A stretch of DNA of 64,000 nucleotides from Polyangiaceae bacterium (GTDB lineage: Bacteria > Myxococcota_A > Polyangia > Polyangiales > Polyangiaceae): the NCBI GenBank assembly GCA_033763455.1, contig JANRKO010000023.1, positions 96,001-160,000 of the forward strand. Reading direction: 5' to 3'. A program made the position numbers and the translations under genes. Each line of letters starts with the position of its first letter. Position 1 is the stretch's first letter. The notes beneath the pieces were generated by a model. That model made no database searches. It had not been told where the DNA came from and saw nothing but the letters and a program-made list of their open reading frames with translations. Of the stretch, positions 17,747 through 26,779 are shown one piece after another.

Positions 17747-19245
17747 GCGATAATCAGATGCCGCGAGACGTCGGGCGTTACCGTTTATATGACGAAATCG
17801 CGGCAGGCGGCATGGCCACTGTGCATGTGGGGCGGCTGCGCGGTCCAGCAGGATTCGCCCGGACGGTTGCGATCAAACGCCTACATCCGCAGTTTGCTCA
17901 CGATCCGGAATTCGTTTCGATGTTTCTGGATGAGGCCCGGTTAGCGGCGCGCATTCACCACCCCAACGTGGCAGCAATTCTGGACGTAGTGGCCCTCCGC
18001 GGGGAGCTATTTCTGGTGATGGAGTACGTGCGTGGGGAAACCCTTTCGCGCCTGCTTCCCGCTTGTGAGCGAGCCGGAATCACCATCCCGTTTCGCATCG
18101 CTGCCACGATCATGCAACAGGCGCTCTTGGGGCTCCACGCTGCACACGAGGCGCGCGATCACCGCGGCACCGCGCTCAATATGGTGCACCGTGACGTTTC
18201 CCCTCAAAATATCATGGTGGGCGCCGACGGCATCACGCGCATGCTCGACTTCGGCGTGGCCAAAGCAGCCACGCGCTTGCAAACGACAGGCCACGGGCAG
18301 GTTAAGGGCAAGCTCTCTTACATGGCGCCAGAGCAACTGCGGCTGGAGCCTATTGACCGGCGTACTGACTTATTCGCGGCAGGCGTAGTGCTCTGGGAAG
18401 TGTTAACCGGAAGGCGCCTTTTCGCTGCCGACGATCCGGGAGCGGTGATTGCTCGGATATTGACGCACACCGCTGAAGCCCCCAGCCGGCTGGTGCCTGG
18501 TATCCCTCCAGAGCTCGACGCCGTGGTCGCCCGAGCACTCAAGAGGCAACGAACGGATCGGTTCGCGAGTGCGCTCGAATTCGCGCGCGAGTTAGAACGA
18601 GCCGTGGCCCCCGTTGGTGCCTTGGAGGTGTCCGAGTGGGTGTGCGCCGTCGCAGGCCCCGTGCTCGAAGCCAGGGAGCGCACCGTTGCAGCCGTAGAGA
18701 TCGCCTCAGAATCCACCCCAAGCGAGAGCTTGCGCGGCGAGGAAACAACCTCGCCTCCGATCGGCGCCTACATTCCGGACCCCAACGACGAAGTGACGGT
18801 CGGGGTGCAGCCCGAGGTCTTGCTTGCGAACCTTCCGAAACGAAAAGACCGTCGCCTGGTCTGGGGCCTTGCGGCTGCCGCACTCTTCGCTGCGATCTTG
18901 ATTCTAATGTTACAGGCTTGGCCGTCTTCTGAGCCCGCCGTGGCAACCACCTCTCCAGTAACCGGCAGCCCTGAGCCCATCCCTCCAGCCGAACCTCCAG
19001 CCCCCGTAGCTAGCGCCGTTCCCCCCGAACCGTCAGCCGAGCCGGCGGCGGCCCTGCCAGCGGACAGCGCGACCCAGGAAGTTCCCGCGATTGCGCCCAG
19101 TGCCCCTGCAACCCCCTCGCGTCGCGCAAAGCGCAGCTCCAACGCTTCATCGACACGAAGCTCCGGGGTAAGCTCTAAATGTAATCCGCCCTATGAGGTC
19201 ACCCCTCAAGGCCTGAAGAGGTACAAGCCTGAGTGTTTTCGGTGA
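17743..19245 (+). CDS. Membrane-anchored Hanks-type Ser/Thr protein kinase
   Basis: AAGGMATV, VAIK, HRDVSPQN, DFG, YMAPE, TM helix and Pro-rich extracytoplasmic tail. ATGA overlap at 17743. Confidence 0.95.
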   Translation: MSDNQMPRDVGRYRLYDEIAAGGMATVHVGRLRGPAGFARTVAIKRLHPQFAHDPEFVSMFLDEARLAARIHHPNVAAILDVVALRGELFLVMEYVRGETLSRLLPACERAGITIPFRIAATIMQQALLGLHAAHEARDHRGTALNMVHRDVSPQNIMVGADGITRMLDFGVAKAATRLQTTGHGQVKGKLSYMAPEQLRLEPIDRRTDLFAAGVVLWEVLTGRRLFAADDPGAVIARILTHTAEAPSRLVPGIPPELDAVVARALKRQRTDRFASALEFARELERAVAPVGALEVSEWVCAVAGPVLEARERTVAAVEIASESTPSESLRGEETTSPPIGAYIPDPNDEVTVGVQPEVLLANLPKRKDRRLVWGLAAAALFAAILILMLQAWPSSEPAVATTSPVTGSPEPIPPAEPPAPVASAVPPEPSAEPAAALPADSATQEVPAIAPSAPATPSRRAKRSSNASSTRSSGVSSKCNPPYEVTPQGLKRYKPECFR

Positions 19246-20099
19246 AGCAGTTCTTGTTGGTTGGCGCGATAGCAGCAGTGTCCGTGCTGAGCCCGGACGC
19301 CCAGGCCCAGTCCATTGACGCGTGCGTATCAAGCAACGCCGATGGCCAGGTCTTGCAGAACCAAGGGCAACTTTTGGCGGCTGTTGAAAAGTTCCAAAGC
19401 TGCGCAGTGCAGGCCTGCCCAGAGGAAATCCGACGCGATTGTGGCACCGCTATGCTGGCGGCACGGGCAATCGTACCAAGTGTGGTCATCGCTGTGCGGA
19501 GGGGGGACGAAGATGTGATGGACGCGCTCGTCCTAATCGACAACTCTCGCAATCCCGTACGCCTAGATGGGCGCCCGATCGAATTGGATCCGGGTCCGCA
19601 CGTAATCCGAGTGCACCATGGAGACAAAGATGCGATCGAACGTCAGCTCGTCCTGCGCCAGGGTGAGCGCAATCGGCTTGTCAGCATAGAGCTCCCCATC
19701 AGGACGCGGCCCACGCCAGTAGCCCCCACCCGGCCCGCCCCGCCGTCACAGCCGGAACACCCGAGCCCTCTGCCCTCACGACGGCCTCCCACAGCAACCC
19801 TCATCGCTGGCGGGGTTGGGGTGGTGGGTGCGGGCCTTTTCGGAGCGTTTGCATGGGCTGGAAAAGTGCAGGAAGCCGAGCTTGAGCGTTGCCGTCCCGC
19901 GTGTGAGAGTTCATCTGTCCACGTTATGCGGCAGCGCTATTTGATCGCCGATGTATCCTTAGGAGTCTCAGTGCTGAGCTTTGCAACGGCCGCATGGTTT
20001 TGGTGGGCACCAGAAGAACCATCCGCACCCCGCGTTGGGGCAATGCTCGGGTTAGACAAAAACGGAACGTTAGGAGTGTCAGCTCTTGGAAGATTCTAA
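19242..20099 (+). CDS. Secreted helical + PEGA-like protein with C-terminal hydrophobic hairpin
   Basis: Signal peptide, Cys-containing helical N-domain, IELDPGPHVIR..LRQGERNRLV (PEGA-like), Pro linker and two hydrophobic segments. GTGA overlap with the kinase. Confidence 0.75.
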   Translation: MKQFLLVGAIAAVSVLSPDAQAQSIDACVSSNADGQVLQNQGQLLAAVEKFQSCAVQACPEEIRRDCGTAMLAARAIVPSVVIAVRRGDEDVMDALVLIDNSRNPVRLDGRPIELDPGPHVIRVHHGDKDAIERQLVLRQGERNRLVSIELPIRTRPTPVAPTRPAPPSQPEHPSPLPSRRPPTATLIAGGVGVVGAGLFGAFAWAGKVQEAELERCRPACESSSVHVMRQRYLIADVSLGVSVLSFATAAWFWWAPEEPSAPRVGAMLGLDKNGTLGVSALGRF

Positions 20100-20121
20100 A
20101 GCCCCCGGGCGTGAAGGCGTG

Positions 20122-21414
20122 ATGCAACCGCGAACGAACGAAGGGACTGTAAAAAGTATCTTCGGCGTTACCATTACAGGCGGCGTCCTGCGCGGGCCAC
20201 ATGGCGAAGTCTTTCGCGTGACTTTGGCTCCAGCGATCCTCGGTCGCAACGCTAGTTGCACATTCTTGCTCAAAGATGCCGAAGTAAGCTCAACCCATTG
20301 CGAGCTTCGGGCAACGCCGAGCGGCGTGCAACTTGTGGATCTTGATAGCAGCAACGGTACCTTCGTGAACGGCGTCCGGATGAAGGAAGCACTCCTCGAC
20401 GCGCCTTGCACCGTGCGCGTCGGCCGCACCAACCTCACGTTCGAGCCGCTCGCCAGCGAAGAGGTTGATCTCGGGGCAGATCTATCATTTGGCCCGCTTT
20501 CTGGCGTCTCCCCCTCTATGCGCCAGCTCTTCCGCGTGCTGCGGGACGTCGCTGGCACGCAACTTTCGGTGCTGATCACTGGAGAAACGGGTACCGGAAA
20601 AGAGCTCACGGCTCGAGCGCTGCACGACGCCAGCCGCCGTGCGGACAAGCCGTTTGTGGTGATCGATTGCGGTGCCCTTCCACCGAGCTCCGCCGAAGGT
20701 GCGCTGTTTGGTTACGAAGGTGGGGGTGTCGATGGTACAGAGAGGCGCCCGGGGGCGTTCCACGAAGCTGATGGGGGCACGGTATTCTTGGATGAGTTGG
20801 GAGAGCTCCCTACTGATTTGCAGCCCAAGCTCCTTCGGGTGCTTGCCGATGGTCAGGTCATGCGGGTGGGAGCTACCAAGTATGAACAAATCGACGTGCG
20901 AGTGCTTTCTGCAACACGTCGTGATTTGCCGCGGATGGCTAACGCAGGAACTTTTCGAAGCGACCTCTACTTTCGCCTGGCTCAAGTACGGGTTGAGCTC
21001 TCGCCACTACGCACACGACGCGAAGATATCCCGTTGATTGTTCAGGCTTATTGTGAACGCTCGGGCCACTCCGATCGCGCCTCACAGGTTATCGATTTCA
21101 TCACGCACGCCACGGCGACTCACGATTGGCCTGGAAACGTTCGCGAGCTTCTGAATGTGGCCACCGTGGTGGCGAGCCTCCCTCCCGGGTCCGACGTGAG
21201 CTTGGCGGCACTCCCCACCGAGGGCCGCGGAGATCAGCCTTCCCTCACAACGGCCTACGGAGAAGCCAAGCGGCGTGCCCTTGAGGAATTTGAGCGTCGG
21301 TTCTTTACCGATCTCCAAGGCGCCTGCGACGGAAACATCAGCGAGATGACACGAAGGAGCGGCCTTGCCCGTCACCACGTGCGCAACTACCTCCGCCGCT
21401 ACAGCCTAGTGTAG
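20122..21414 (+). CDS. FHA-domain sigma54-type AAA+ regulator with degenerate GAFTGA loop
   Basis: FHA (LGR..VSSTH..DLDSSNGTFVNG), Walker A GETGTGKE, Walker [21 protein letters not shown] and Fis-like HTH. GAFTGA position reads GGVDGT. Confidence 0.9.
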   Translation: MQPRTNEGTVKSIFGVTITGGVLRGPHGEVFRVTLAPAILGRNASCTFLLKDAEVSSTHCELRATPSGVQLVDLDSSNGTFVNGVRMKEALLDAPCTVRVGRTNLTFEPLASEEVDLGADLSFGPLSGVSPSMRQLFRVLRDVAGTQLSVLITGETGTGKELTARALHDASRRADKPFVVIDCGALPPSSAEGALFGYEGGGVDGTERRPGAFHEADGGTVFLDELGELPTDLQPKLLRVLADGQVMRVGATKYEQIDVRVLSATRRDLPRMANAGTFRSDLYFRLAQVRVELSPLRTRREDIPLIVQAYCERSGHSDRASQVIDFITHATATHDWPGNVRELLNVATVVASLPPGSDVSLAALPTEGRGDQPSLTTAYGEAKRRALEEFERRFFTDLQGACDGNISEMTRRSGLARHHVRNYLRRYSLV

Positions 21415-21475
21415 CGCAGGCCCGCGACGGGCCCACGGCTACAGCACGGCACGACCCGCCGTTGACCTGAGAAGC

Positions 21476-22246
21476 TCAGATCGCCACGAACCCGCCGTCC
21501 ACCATCAAGGAGCTCGCCGTGATGTAGGACGCGGCGTCGGAAGCAAGGAAGGCAACGGCTTCACCGACTTCATGCGGTTCGCCGATACGATTCAGCATGA
21601 TCTTTTGGCCTTCCATCTTTTCAAATTCGTCACGCGGGTAGCCCAGGCGCTCCACCTCCGACACCAGAGCGGGGGTCCAAATCGGGCCCGGGCACACTGA
21701 ATTCACGCGAATTTTGAACTCAGCGAGGTCCCACGCCATGCTTCGCGTCATCTGTACAATAGCGGCCTTAGTGGCAGCGTACGTCATGAGACCCTTCTGC
21801 GCGATAAAGCTAGATATCGAGCCGATGTTCACAATGGCGCCCGCGCCTTTTTTCTTCATCTGTTCGACTCCGTAACGCGAACAGAGGGAGGTGCCGATGA
21901 GGTTCACATCGGTAAGCCGACGCCATTCTTCCGGCGTGGCTTCGAGCCCCTTCATGATGAATATGGCAGCGTTGTTAACCAGGACGTCCGTGTCTCCGAA
22001 GGCCGACTGTGCCCGAGCAAACGCGGTCTTCACTGAACTTTCGTTGGAGATATCCACGCCAATCGCCAACGCTGCCCCGCCGCGTTTCTCGATTTCAAGG
22101 GCGGTGGCTTTAGCCGCTTCTTCATTCACGTCGAGCACGGCAACCCGAGCTCCTTCGCGAGCGAAGATCTCCGCACTCGCCCTACCGATGCCGCCGCCCG
22201 CGCCCGTAACAATCGCAACTTTTCCCTGAAAACGTGTGTTAGCCAT
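21476..22246 (-). CDS. Short-chain dehydrogenase/reductase (SDR)
   Basis: TGAGGGIG, NNAA, YAATK, VNSVCPG, VDGG. ATG 22246. Confidence 0.93.
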   Translation of the reverse strand: MANTRFQGKVAIVTGAGGGIGRASAEIFAREGARVAVLDVNEEAAKATALEIEKRGGAALAIGVDISNESSVKTAFARAQSAFGDTDVLVNNAAIFIMKGLEATPEEWRRLTDVNLIGTSLCSRYGVEQMKKKGAGAIVNIGSISSFIAQKGLMTYAATKAAIVQMTRSMAWDLAEFKIRVNSVCPGPIWTPALVSEVERLGYPRDEFEKMEGQKIMLNRIGEPHEVGEAVAFLASDAASYITASSLMVDGGFVAI

Positions 22247-22499
22247 GGAGCAACCGAATCCCTTCGTGAGTGGCGATGCCACTCTGTCGCCAACCGTCAT
22301 ATCCCCTTAGGCGCTGTGCTGACAAGCTGGCCTGGAAGCTGCCCAGCTCGGCCTCAAGCTTGAGCCTGACGCAAGTAGATGGTGCGCATACATCGAGAAC
22401 GTCTTCGGTTCTGCCTCACAGACGCGCACCTCCGGGCCCCGACATGGCCCCGCTCACGCGCAGGAAGACCAAAGGCACGTGGATCCCCTGCTCGAATGT

Positions 22500-22525
22500 C
22501 AGATACTTGTCATGACAAGTATCTG
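22500..22525. promoter_or_regulatory. Perfect 26-bp palindrome, candidate GntR-family operator
   Basis: CAGATACTTGTCATGACAAGTATCTG equals its own reverse complement. Intergenic between GH78 and SDR. Confidence 0.65.
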
Positions 22526-22601
22526 CCGCGGCTCCGAGCACCTCGCTAAGATCGCCCGCAACCCCGAGCCGCGTTCGAGCCGTACTTGCTGCGCTGCCGC
22601 A

Positions 22602-25187
22602 TCACGCCGGAACGAGCGCCCCTTGCCAGACGTTTTCGCTGATACTTGCGTTGGTCCCTGCCGCGAGTTTCCAACCAGCAGGAGCCGTGAGCTTTGCCCG
22701 AGCACCCACGGGAAGCCGCACATGAACAACCACCTCTGTGCCTTGCTTCAGCCACTCTACCGATAACTCACCGCGAATGGTCTTCAGCGTAGCTTTGGCC
22801 GTATCGAGGCCTGGCACCGGGTGCGGGCGCACCACAAAAGCGTCCCCGGGTTCGGCACTCGGATCGTCCAAGATCCCCACTAGGCGCGAGTAAAACCAAG
22901 CGTCTACAGCGCCCAACATACAGTGATTGTGGGAATTCATGCCGCCGCCAGTTTCATTTTCCCAGCGCTCCCACATGGTGGTGGCGCCGTTCTCGAGCAT
23001 ATAGCCCCAAGAAGGATATTCTTTGCGCTGCACCAAAGCCCACGCAAGATCTGCTCGACCGAGATCCGTCAAGACTTCCAACAAATACTTGGTGCACACG
23101 TTACCCGTCGTGAGATGCCCGCGGGCTTCAACGTCTGCGGTCAAACGCTGAAACACGCCTGGGCGGTGCTGTTCCGGCACCAAATCCATCCAGAGCGCGA
23201 GGGCGTTGCAGGCCTGCACGTTTTCGCCAAACGTGTGGGTGGACTCGTTGAAGTACTTCGCCTGAAGCGCATGGGTGAAGCGCTCGGCTTCGAGCGCGTA
23301 GACGTCAGCTTCGCCAACTTTGCCGAGCTCCCGAGCAATTTTTTCGAGCAAACGTGTGATGAAAATCAGATGCGCCGTCGAGATGAGCCCGCCAGGCGTG
23401 CCTGCGGAGAGACACGGGCTACCGGTTCCCACAATTGTGGGGAGGGCTGCCATGGAAAACGCGCGTGGTGGACACCAATCCCCATACCAAGAAGACTCCA
23501 GAATGCCGCCTTCAGATTCATTGGCAAGGCAACGCTGCCAACCCACCATCATCGACCAATATTCGTTCAAAATGTTGCGATCGCCGTAGTGGCGCCACAT
23601 GAGGTATGGGTACCAAACGGGGCACACACACACTGGATCGGCTCGTTTTTTCCCCCAATGCCAGGGCACTGTGTCGGGGATGGCACCGGTTACCGGATCC
23701 TGCACGCTGGCAAAATCTCGCAGCCACTTGGCCAAAAAGCGCACAGCCTGAAAGTTATGCACTAGTTGCTCGGCACGAGCGGTCTGATCGTTCAGCCAAC
23801 CTTGGCGCTCGGAACGCTGTGGACAGTCGGTGAGTACGCCAAGCTCATTCGATTTTTCGGTACGAACGATCATCTGGTGGATGGCGTTGGCCATGTCGTT
23901 GCTGGAGGTAAACACTCCACGTTCTGGAATATCGTTGCGCACTCTGCAGACAGTGAGAGCTTCCGGGCCGGCATTTCCAAGGCCTTCTACCTCGATGTAA
24001 CGAAAGCCATGATAGGTGAAGCGGGGCTCCCACACCTCTTGTCCGCCGCCCCGAGCGATGTACACATCCGCACAACGAGCCGCATAAAGATTATCCTGAT
24101 TTACGCTGCCATCTTCTTTGCGCGTTTCGCCGAACCTGAGCGTTACCTTGTGGCCTTCTGGCACGTTCAGCTTGAGACGACAATAACCGGTCATGTTGGT
24201 GCCGGCGTCGAACACATCGGCGCCATTCGGTAGGGTTAGCAGCTTTTTTGGGGTGCTTTCTTCCACCACGCGCATCGGTTCACCCAGATCGGGCACGAGC
24301 CTGCCTCCGGGCCCCGGCACGCGGTACACCATAGTCCAATAGTCTTCGCGATTCCCAAACGGTGCTTTCCAGTCCGCCGCCGGCACGCTCCAGCGCTTCA
24401 GCTCCAGCCGAGCATCGTGGTCTTCTCCGCGAAATAGGCCATCCGTCGTCGCCGAGGCGCGCACAGCAAACGTGGACATATCCCAGTGCGAAGGTGTGGT
24501 GATGCGGCTGCCATCAACACACTCGACCTCTAGCCGAAGCTTGAGAATAGGCCGGCCATACCAACCGTGGCCCACCACCACGGAAAGCACCGTTTCCGGC
24601 GACTCGATCAAGTGCGCGATGTCGTGGACAGTGTACGGCACGATTTGCTCAAAGTCCGTGGGGGGAGGATCGAGAACGCGATCCGAGATAGGGTTCCCGT
24701 TTAAGTACGCTCGGTAGAGGCCCAGACCTGCAATGTAGAGTCGCGCGCGGCGCACCTTAGCTTTGGGCTGGAAGGCATGACGGAAGAACAAGGCACGCCC
24801 AGGCCAGATCCCAGGAGCGCCCACCCAATCCGCCTCCCACTCAGCTTCGCTCAGGAGCCCCATCTCGAAGGTGGCAGCTGACGAGACCGACTCAACCCCT
24901 GCGGCATCTTTGACGTGAACCTGCCACCAACACTCCTCCCGGCTCACCAAAGCGCTTCCGCCGTACGTTACATGCGTGGTTCGGTTGGAAACAACCCAAC
25001 CGCTATCCCATTTGTCTGAAGCGCCACTTTCCAGAAGCTGTGCCGAAGATGCCACACGTACGCGGTAAGCGACCTGCGGCGCACCCACACACCAGGCAAA
25101 GCGAGGCGCTTGGGTGTGGAGGCCAAGAGGGTTCGTGGTGTACTCACAGGTGAGGTCAAACGGGGTTGACGAGGTCTGAGACGGCAT
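22602..25187 (-). CDS. Alpha-L-rhamnosidase-like glycoside hydrolase (GH78)
   Basis: ARLYIAGLG, FTYHGFRY, TDCPQRSERQGW, YGDW, GATTMWERW, MNSHNH. ATG 25187, no signal peptide. Confidence 0.93.
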   Translation of the reverse strand: MPSQTSSTPFDLTCEYTTNPLGLHTQAPRFAWCVGAPQVAYRVRVASSAQLLESGASDKWDSGWVVSNRTTHVTYGGSALVSREECWWQVHVKDAAGVESVSSAATFEMGLLSEAEWEADWVGAPGIWPGRALFFRHAFQPKAKVRRARLYIAGLGLYRAYLNGNPISDRVLDPPPTDFEQIVPYTVHDIAHLIESPETVLSVVVGHGWYGRPILKLRLEVECVDGSRITTPSHWDMSTFAVRASATTDGLFRGEDHDARLELKRWSVPAADWKAPFGNREDYWTMVYRVPGPGGRLVPDLGEPMRVVEESTPKKLLTLPNGADVFDAGTNMTGYCRLKLNVPEGHKVTLRFGETRKEDGSVNQDNLYAARCADVYIARGGGQEVWEPRFTYHGFRYIEVEGLGNAGPEALTVCRVRNDIPERGVFTSSNDMANAIHQMIVRTEKSNELGVLTDCPQRSERQGWLNDQTARAEQLVHNFQAVRFLAKWLRDFASVQDPVTGAIPDTVPWHWGKKRADPVCVCPVWYPYLMWRHYGDRNILNEYWSMMVGWQRCLANESEGGILESSWYGDWCPPRAFSMAALPTIVGTGSPCLSAGTPGGLISTAHLIFITRLLEKIARELGKVGEADVYALEAERFTHALQAKYFNESTHTFGENVQACNALALWMDLVPEQHRPGVFQRLTADVEARGHLTTGNVCTKYLLEVLTDLGRADLAWALVQRKEYPSWGYMLENGATTMWERWENETGGGMNSHNHCMLGAVDAWFYSRLVGILDDPSAEPGDAFVVRPHPVPGLDTAKATLKTIRGELSVEWLKQGTEVVVHVRLPVGARAKLTAPAGWKLAAGTNASISENVWQGALVPA

Positions 25188-25402
25188 GGTGCCGCCTGAT
25201 ACCACAGGCCACGCGCCTTGGGCTGCCCTGTAATTCGACGCGTGCTGGTTGCCTGAGCGGGGCGCATGGAGATCGAGAACCAGCCCACACGGCGAGCTGC
25301 CCCATCTCATTTTGTGCTATTTCTGGCCTCGAAATTCGGCCTTCCAGAACTCTCCAACCGGTCTGTGCATCAGGGGTCTGGGCAACGCCCGCGGGGTCCG
25401 AT

Positions 25403-26662
25403 ATGTCGGCAGCCATGAACGCTCTTCCGACCTCCGAAACGCGCACGAGCTTTCCGAAGAACAAGATCAAGGTCCTGCTCCTGGAGAACATTCATCCTAG
25501 CGCCCAAGCGCTCATTGAAGGCGATGGCCTGGAATGCGAGATGCGGAGCGCCGCGCTCGGAGAAGCGGAACTCATCGAAGCGCTGAATGACGTGCACATC
25601 CTCGGGATCCGCAGCAAGACTCAGGTGAGCAAGAAGGCTCTTGAGAGCGCTCGCCGCTTGCTCGCTGTCGGCTGTTTTTGCATTGGAACGAACCAGGTGG
25701 ATCTTGAGGCCGCCAAGCGACGCGGTATCGCGGTCTTCAACGCACCCTTTAGCAATACGCGCAGCGTCGCAGAGCTTGTGATGGGGGAGGTAATAGCTCT
25801 TTCCCGTCGGCTCGGCGACCGTTCGGGTGAGATGCACGCAGGGAAATGGAACAAGACCGCTAGCGGCTCCTTCGAGGTACGCGGCAAGACAATTGGCATT
25901 GTTGGGTATGGGCACATTGGCCGCCAAGTTGGTGTGTTGGCGGAAACGTTCGGGTTGAGCGTATTGTTTTACGACATCTCGCAGCAGCTCCCGATGGGTA
26001 ACAACCGCACTGTCGGTACACTCGACGAACTGCTCGAAAAGTCGGACTTTGTGACCCTCCACGTGCCGGCCACGCCGCTCACCAAAATGATGATAGGGCC
26101 CGAGCAGATCGCTAAGATGAAACGCGGCGCATGCCTCCTCAACCTGAGCCGGGGCAGTGTGGTTCAGATCGACGCGCTGGCGGCAGGCTTGCGTTCGAAA
26201 CACTTGGCGGGTGCCGCGATCGACGTATTTCCCGTAGAGCCAAAGAGCAATAACGATCCCTTTGAGTCCGAATTGCGCGGGTTGCCTAATGTCATCCTGA
26301 CGCCCCACGTCGGCGGCTCAACCCAAGAGGCACAGGAAGCGATTGGGCGCGAAGTGGCCAACGCTCTGTTGCGCTACCTCAACGAAGGGTCCACAGCCTC
26401 GGCGGTAAACATTCCCCAGGTAGAGCCGCCTCCGCTCTCGGGGAGACACCGCATCTTGAATCTGCACGCCAATGTCCCGGGCGTTCTTAGCAAGATCAAC
26501 AGTATTGTGGGTCAGACCAAGGCCAACGTGGAAAGCCAGATCCTGCAAACCGATCCCGACGTGGGGTATTTGGTGATGGACCTGAACCAAAGCGTTTCAG
26601 ACGAGGTGAAGGACCAAGTGGCGGCTCTCGACGCGAACATACGCACGCGCATCCTCTACTAG
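25403..26662 (+). CDS. serA: D-3-phosphoglycerate dehydrogenase (with ACT domain)
   Basis: GIRSKT, FCIGTNQV, NAPFSNTRSVAEL, GYGHIG, TPHVGGST, and ACT H.NVPGVL. Confidence 0.96.
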   Translation: MSAAMNALPTSETRTSFPKNKIKVLLLENIHPSAQALIEGDGLECEMRSAALGEAELIEALNDVHILGIRSKTQVSKKALESARRLLAVGCFCIGTNQVDLEAAKRRGIAVFNAPFSNTRSVAELVMGEVIALSRRLGDRSGEMHAGKWNKTASGSFEVRGKTIGIVGYGHIGRQVGVLAETFGLSVLFYDISQQLPMGNNRTVGTLDELLEKSDFVTLHVPATPLTKMMIGPEQIAKMKRGACLLNLSRGSVVQIDALAAGLRSKHLAGAAIDVFPVEPKSNNDPFESELRGLPNVILTPHVGGSTQEAQEAIGREVANALLRYLNEGSTASAVNIPQVEPPPLSGRHRILNLHANVPGVLSKINSIVGQTKANVESQILQTDPDVGYLVMDLNQSVSDEVKDQVAALDANIRTRILY

Positions 26663-26779
26663 AACGCTGCGTGGGGGCGCCCTTGGCACTCTCGATGCGA
26701 GGATCGCCTACGCCTTTTGCCGTGTGCGCCAGGGGCGAACGGCCCCTTCAAGAGAGCACTGCCAAGCTGCGCTCCTAAC

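Noticed and set aside
22328..22342. Plus-strand TGGC-N-CTGC sigma54-like match
   Set aside because: No credible plus-strand gene follows, and such matches are common at this GC content.
25370..26308. Long antisense ORFs over serA (similar ones over GH78, pntA and menB)
   Set aside because: Expected in GC-rich DNA opposite well-conserved genes; no recognisable motifs.
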